64,000 nt of DNA from contig CAIJYD010000078.1 of assembly GCA_903824785.1 (NCBI GenBank), positions 37,365 to 101,364 on the forward strand. Reading direction: 5' to 3'. The position numbers were made by a program, and so were the translations under genes. Position 1 is the first letter of the stretch. Each line of letters starts with the position of its first letter. This DNA is from an uncultured Bacteroidota bacterium. GTDB lineage: Bacteria > Bacteroidota > Bacteroidia > Bacteroidales > VadinHA17. Of the stretch, positions 59,488 to 64,000 are shown one piece after another. The notes beneath the pieces were generated by a model. The model did not search any database, was not told the DNA's origin, and worked only from the letters and a program-made list of their open reading frames with translations.

Positions 59488-62358
59488 ATGAGAATGGATT
59501 GTTTAAAAATTAAAAAAGGAATTATCGGTTTAATAATGCTTTCGGCATCAATTGCAGGAATTGCACAGACAGGTAAAATTGAAGGAGTGGCAACTGATAA
59601 AAAAAATAAAGAGACGCTGCCGGGTGTAATGGTTACCATCGAAGGTACCATTATTGGAACTGTAGCAGATTTTGAAGGCCACTTTGTGATACCCGATGTA
59701 AAACCGGGCAAATACAGGATCAAAGCTTCTTACATCTCTTATAATCCTGCAACTGTTGAGGATATTACAGTTACAGCCGGGAAAACGACAAATGTTTCTA
59801 TATCCCTTTCTGAAAACACTGTTGCACTTCAGGGAGTTACAATAACCGGGGTAAGAAAAACCAATACCGATGTGTCAATGATAAACACCACAAGAATGAG
59901 CCCACTTGTTTCAATTGGCATTTCAGGCCAGCAGATTCTCAGGTCGCAGGACAGAGATGCATCTGAGGTTATCAGACGGCTGCCCGGAACTACAATTATA
60001 GACGACAGGTTCATTGTTGTCCGCGGATTATCTCAGAGATACAACGCAGTATGGCTGAACAATGCAGCAACTCCAAGTTCTGAAGCAGATGCAAAGGCCT
60101 TTTCATTCGATGTGATCCCCGCATCAATGATCGAAAATATGATTATAGTAAAATCTCCTGCTCCTGAACTGCCTGCAGACTTCTCGGGTGGATTTGTAAA
60201 AATAACTACTGTTAACCTTCCTGAGAAAAATTCCTTCTTCGTCTCATACGGCACAGGAATAGGTGAAGGAACAACATTTGAGAGTTTAAGAAAATACCAG
60301 AACAGCAGTACCGACTGGCTTGGGTTTGATAACGGATTCCGTGCCCTGCCAAAAGAAATGCCTGCAAATTTAAATGAATATGAGTCGGCAACCAATCCTG
60401 CAATACAAAGCAGAATATCCGACCTTGGAAAGAATCTGAACAGAACCTGGTCACCTGTTTCAGGAACAGCTTCACCTGATCAAAGATTTGCTCTTGGGTT
60501 TAACAAGAGAGTTACCATCGGGTCGCAGACTTTTGGAAATATCACCGCTCTGACCTACAGCAATACCAGCAACCATGATGAGATAATGAATAACAACTAT
60601 TCAATATACGATTTTAAAAATGACAAATCTTCATATGTCGATCAGTTCAGCGATCAGCAGTACTCCAATTCAGTAAAGGCAGGTATCCTTCATAACTGGT
60701 CGTGGTACCCTGCAGCAGGACAAAAAATTGAATTTCGCAATCTTTTTAATCAGATAGGCACCAACCGGACAACTGAGCGCTCAGGAAGAGAGTGGTACAA
60801 CGATGGCAGATATATCCGTTCAACTGAACTGAGATATATGAACAGATCAATCTATTCCGGACAGCTGGCCGGCGAACATTCATTTGATGAAGGAGCAACA
60901 AGAATTGACTGGGTTGCCGGTTATTCATTCTCAAATAAAAAAGAACCCGACACAAAACGGTACAGGTATATAAGAAGCAGCCAGGACACAACCCAGTATT
61001 TTCTCCTTTTTTCCAATAATGCTGACCTGTCATCAGAATCAGAGATGTGGACCAGCCTTAGAGAAGATATTTTTTCTGCATCGGCCAATTTCGTCAGAGA
61101 GATGAATTTTTCAGGGTTCAAGCCGGAGATCAGAACCGGTTTCTATCTTGAAGATAAAACGAGAGAATTTGCCGCAAGAAACTTCGGTTATTCACAAGCA
61201 GGTAGCGCTTCACTCTTTGATATGACCACACTTCCTGTAAATGAAATTTTTACCGACGCTAATATTAATCTTACTGACGGGATAAAATTAACAGAGATTA
61301 CTTCTCTTTCAGATTCATACCATGCAACAAATAAACAGGTTGCAGGTTATGTCTCGGCAAAAATACCTTTCACTTCAAAAATCAGTCTTTATACAGGTTT
61401 AAGGGTTGAAAAAAATATTCAGAGTTTGTCGAGTTACAAACAAGGGACTTCCACTCCGGTTAATGTAACCCGCGATACGGTAAATATTTTTCCGTCAGCA
61501 AACCTGGCAATTAGCCTGAATGAAAAAAACATGGTGCGGGTTGCTTACGGGTTATCAGTCAACCGTCCTGAGTTCAGGGAACTGGCTCCTTTCTATTTTG
61601 TAGACTTCGATCTGAATGCAGGAATCTACGGAAATCCGGCAATCAAACAGGCTTACATACATAATTTTGATTTACGTATAGAGCACTATCCTTCACCTAA
61701 CGAAACATTCAATATCGGTTTCTTTTACAAGAATTTCAAAAATCCGGTCGAGATGGTCATTATGGGCAACAGCCCTACACAGTACTCTTTTGAGAATGTA
61801 TTATCTGCCTACAGTTATGGAATTGAAGCTGACGTCAGAAAATCACTCGGCTTTATTTCAGGATACGAAAACTTCTCAGTAATACTTAATGCGGCTTTAA
61901 TAAAAAGCAGAGTGCAATTCGCTGAAGGCGATCTTCAACACGACAGGTCACTGCAAGGTCAATCTCCCTATATGGTAAATGCGGGTCTTTTTTATTACAA
62001 TGACGACAATGGCCTGATGATGACTTTGTTATATAATATAATCGGAAAAAGAATAGTTGCAGTAGGCAGGCCATCTCCAAATGCTTGGGAAAGCATACCT
62101 GATATTTACGAGATGCCACGTAATGTTCTCGATCTGGCTGTAAGTAAAAAAATAGGTAGGAAATTCGAAATCAAAGCAGGGATCAAAGATATTCTAAACG
62201 AAAAGATGATACTGAAACAGACGGTTAAAACAACTGTCGATATGTCTGAAGTTACAGGAGGCAGTCTGAGCAATATGAAGTTTTTCAATAGCGATCAGAT
62301 TACCAAATCCTATAGCCCTGGCAGATATTTAAATTTAGGTATTACTTACAAATTCTGA
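59488..62358 (+). CDS. TonB-dependent receptor (CarboxypepD_reg + plug + barrel)
   Basis: 956 aa with GKIEGVATDKKNKETLPGVMVTIEGT, the plug region VIRRLPGTTIIDDRFIVVRGLSQRY, and a C-terminal LNLGITYKF. Confidence 0.85.
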   Translation: MRMDCLKIKKGIIGLIMLSASIAGIAQTGKIEGVATDKKNKETLPGVMVTIEGTIIGTVADFEGHFVIPDVKPGKYRIKASYISYNPATVEDITVTAGKTTNVSISLSENTVALQGVTITGVRKTNTDVSMINTTRMSPLVSIGISGQQILRSQDRDASEVIRRLPGTTIIDDRFIVVRGLSQRYNAVWLNNAATPSSEADAKAFSFDVIPASMIENMIIVKSPAPELPADFSGGFVKITTVNLPEKNSFFVSYGTGIGEGTTFESLRKYQNSSTDWLGFDNGFRALPKEMPANLNEYESATNPAIQSRISDLGKNLNRTWSPVSGTASPDQRFALGFNKRVTIGSQTFGNITALTYSNTSNHDEIMNNNYSIYDFKNDKSSYVDQFSDQQYSNSVKAGILHNWSWYPAAGQKIEFRNLFNQIGTNRTTERSGREWYNDGRYIRSTELRYMNRSIYSGQLAGEHSFDEGATRIDWVAGYSFSNKKEPDTKRYRYIRSSQDTTQYFLLFSNNADLSSESEMWTSLREDIFSASANFVREMNFSGFKPEIRTGFYLEDKTREFAARNFGYSQAGSASLFDMTTLPVNEIFTDANINLTDGIKLTEITSLSDSYHATNKQVAGYVSAKIPFTSKISLYTGLRVEKNIQSLSSYKQGTSTPVNVTRDTVNIFPSANLAISLNEKNMVRVAYGLSVNRPEFRELAPFYFVDFDLNAGIYGNPAIKQAYIHNFDLRIEHYPSPNETFNIGFFYKNFKNPVEMVIMGNSPTQYSFENVLSAYSYGIEADVRKSLGFISGYENFSVILNAALIKSRVQFAEGDLQHDRSLQGQSPYMVNAGLFYYNDDNGLMMTLLYNIIGKRIVAVGRPSPNAWESIPDIYEMPRNVLDLAVSKKIGRKFEIKAGIKDILNEKMILKQTVKTTVDMSEVTGGSLSNMKFFNSDQITKSYSPGRYLNLGITYKF

Positions 62359-62427
62359 TAACGAATAAAAAAAATTAAGGATAAAAAACAATAAGTAAAC
62401 AATTAAAAAACAATTAAAAAATTAAAC

Positions 62428-64000
62428 ATGAAAAGAATTTTTAACAAATTAAAAAGTGGGTTGGGGCTAATGGCAGGGGTGCTTTTTCTTGTAACGTCGT
62501 GTGCAAAGGATCCGATCCTCGTAACAGCTATTGCGTTAGACAAAGCTGATGCGACAGTGCAGGTAGGAGCAACATCAAATCTTGCGGCCTTCATAACACC
62601 TGCAGATGCAAGCAATCTGAAGATCACGTGGCGGTCAGGAAATGCTGCAGTTGCAACTGTTGCAGAAGGTGTTGTTACCGGTGTTGCATTAGGCACGACA
62701 ACAATTACTGCAGTATCTCAGTCGGACACAACAGTTAAGGCAACATGTTCCATTCTTATAACACCTTCAACAGGTCAGGTTATTACTGTAACAGGCGATA
62801 TTACTGCAAATACAAAGTGGTATGCAACTGCAAAGTATATGCTCTCAGGCTTTGTTTATGTAAAAAACAATTCAACACTTACAATTGAGCCGGGTACAAT
62901 AATAAAAGGAGTCTCCACTACAAAAGCAGCTCTTATGATTGAGAGAGGCTCAAAGATTATGGCACAGGGTACAGCAGCTTTACCTATCGTATTTACCTCC
63001 GACAAACCAAAAGGACAACGAGCATCAGGTGACTGGGGCGGCGTGGTAATCTGTGGTAAAGCAACTACAAATAAACATGATTCAGGCGCAGGAACAGGAG
63101 TTGCCGAAGGTGGTATAGGATCACTTTATGGTGGAACCGACGAAAACGATAATTCAGGTGTTCTTCAGTATGTAAGGATTGAATTCCCCGGAATTCCGCT
63201 TACAGCAACAGCAAACAGTGAGTTAAACGGCCTCACATTATACGCAGTAGGAAGAGGAACCACAATTGACCATGTTCAGGTTTCCTATTCAGGCGATGAC
63301 TCTTTCGAATGGTTCGGAGGAACTGTTAACTGCAAGTATCTTGTCTGCATCCGTGGATTGGATGATGAGTACGATACCGATAATGGTTTCAGCGGGAAAC
63401 TGCAATTTCTTCTCGGAATACGCGATCCAAACATCTCTGACCAGTCCGGATCAAATGGTTTTGAATCAGACAACGATGCTGACGGATCAGCACTGACACC
63501 TGTTACAAAACCTGTGTTCTCTAATGTCACTCTGTACGGTCCGCTTACAGTAAGCGCAACCCTTCCTGTCAACCACCTGTACAAAAGAGCAATGCACATC
63601 AGACGCAGTTCACAACTCTCAGTCTATAACTCAGTATTTGCCGGATGGCCAAAAGGTTTAATACTTGATGGTGCTCTGGGAAATACCCCAACCGCTGCAG
63701 AAAATAATGATCTTCAGATTGAAAAAAGCATCATGTCCGGAATGACTGCCAATTATGAAATTGCTACAGGAACTCTTGCAACACCATACACTCTGGTACA
63801 GGTAGGGGCCTATTATACAGCACCTTCCCGCGGTAATGCCCTCAATACGCTTACAGAGATTATCGGTACAGGTTTAATCACCATTACAAATCCGGTCCTT
63901 CTTCCTGCGGCAGGTTCTCCTGCACTCACAGGTGCAACATTTACCAACACCAAATTATCTGATGCATTCTTTACCCCGGTAGCCTATAAAGGAGCCTTTG
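62428..64000 (+). CDS. surface lipoprotein with Big_2 Ig-like domain and a large uncharacterised C-terminal domain (3' end beyond the window)
   Basis: Absent from the ORF track because it is open to the window edge. The ATG at 62428 gives MKRIFNKLKSGLGLMAGVLFLVTSCAKDP... with the lipobox VTSC. The Big_2-like region is VQVGATSNLAAFITPADASNLKITWRSGNAAVATV. Later motifs are GDWGG, GDDSFEWFGG, DDEYDTDNGF and NGFESDNDADG. I found no stop in 524 codons on checking by eye. Confidence 0.75.
   Translation, partial: MKRIFNKLKSGLGLMAGVLFLVTSCAKDPILVTAIALDKADATVQVGATSNLAAFITPADASNLKITWRSGNAAVATVAEGVVTGVALGTTTITAVSQSDTTVKATCSILITPSTGQVITVTGDITANTKWYATAKYMLSGFVYVKNNSTLTIEPGTIIKGVSTTKAALMIERGSKIMAQGTAALPIVFTSDKPKGQRASGDWGGVVICGKATTNKHDSGAGTGVAEGGIGSLYGGTDENDNSGVLQYVRIEFPGIPLTATANSELNGLTLYAVGRGTTIDHVQVSYSGDDSFEWFGGTVNCKYLVCIRGLDDEYDTDNGFSGKLQFLLGIRDPNISDQSGSNGFESDNDADGSALTPVTKPVFSNVTLYGPLTVSATLPVNHLYKRAMHIRRSSQLSVYNSVFAGWPKGLILDGALGNTPTAAENNDLQIEKSIMSGMTANYEIATGTLATPYTLVQVGAYYTAPSRGNALNTLTEIIGTGLITITNPVLLPAAGSPALTGATFTNTKLSDAFFTPVAYKGAF

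Noticed and set aside
50808-62358. Calling the TonB-receptor regions canonical SusC/SusD polysaccharide utilisation loci
   Set aside because: Neither receptor is followed by a SusD-like (RagB/SusD, TPR-like, about 500-600 aa) gene. The first receptor, at 749 aa, is shorter than typical SusC proteins. I therefore describe them only as TonB-dependent receptors with non-SusD partners.
62403-62696. 97-aa minus-strand ORF, with 63266..63496 (+) and 63285..63599 (-), in the last 1.6 kb
   Set aside because: The plus-strand frame from ATG 62428 stays open to the window end. It encodes a lipoprotein signal and a Big_2 domain. The listed ORFs are its antisense or off-frame shadows.
1-64000. Mobile elements, prophage, defense systems, tRNA/rRNA genes and riboswitches
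   Set aside because: I scanned every intergenic region longer than 60 nt and all long ORFs by eye. I found no transposase, integrase, restriction, Cas or toxin-like proteins. I also found no tRNA-like GGTTCGAAT-type arms, no long terminal inverted repeats and no obvious compositional island. This negative result is limited by manual inspection.

Overview
The window looks like a Bacteroidota chromosome segment, probably from a Bacteroidales-like anaerobe. Supporting signs are about 40% GC, TAnnTTTG-type -7 promoter boxes, A-rich start regions without Shine-Dalgarno sequences, CarboxypepD_reg-type TonB-dependent receptors and many secreted glycan-active proteins. I saw no rRNA, tRNA, CRISPR, transposase, integrase or phage genes.

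Layout:
- 1-5308, minus strand: four secreted hydrolase or isomerase-type genes.
- 5.6-31.9 kb, plus strand: a 26-kb run of amino-acid biosynthesis genes. These are ilvD-ilvB-ilvN-ilvC-leuA-leuC-leuD-(leuA paralog)-leuB, then hisG-D-C-B-H-A-F-IE, then pheA-aminotransferase-tyrA-DAHP synthase/chorismate mutase-aroA, then a stand-alone trpB2.
- 31.9-38.1 kb: secreted NIPSNAP protein, Tat-exported Gfo/Idh/MocA oxidoreductase, APC permease, DUF5009-like membrane acyltransferase and DctA-type symporter.
- 38.3-49.6 kb: two GH38-type alpha-mannosidases interleaved with three URO-D-superfamily (MtaA-like, HxC motif) proteins, a mutarotase-like protein and a secreted hypothetical protein.
- 49.9-64.0 kb: DUF1080 protein, lipocalin-like lipoprotein with a TonB receptor and a 1045-aa glycosidase-like protein, a FadL-like porin, and a second TonB receptor with a Big_2 surface lipoprotein that runs off the window.

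Main sequence-level result: each of the four biosynthetic units is preceded by an unannotated module. Each module has a Bacteroidota-type promoter, a short leader ORF rich in the cognate amino acid(s), and a GC-rich hairpin with a T-tract. These are candidate ribosome-mediated attenuators:
- ilv-leu: MRISLIHIIILVLILAKRT
- his: MYTTTSHHHSHTCSQAR
- phe/tyr: MNIVYKYFISFYYFYFYFKNR
- trpB2: MNTQMFYIWSWRSLSYDTVRQAVI

Three ORF-track N-terminal extensions (hisG, pheA, trpB2) are artefacts lying just downstream of, across, or starting inside these elements.

The most plausible candidate for an undescribed system is the GH38 / URO-D-like locus. All product names come from motif recognition by eye; no database search was possible.
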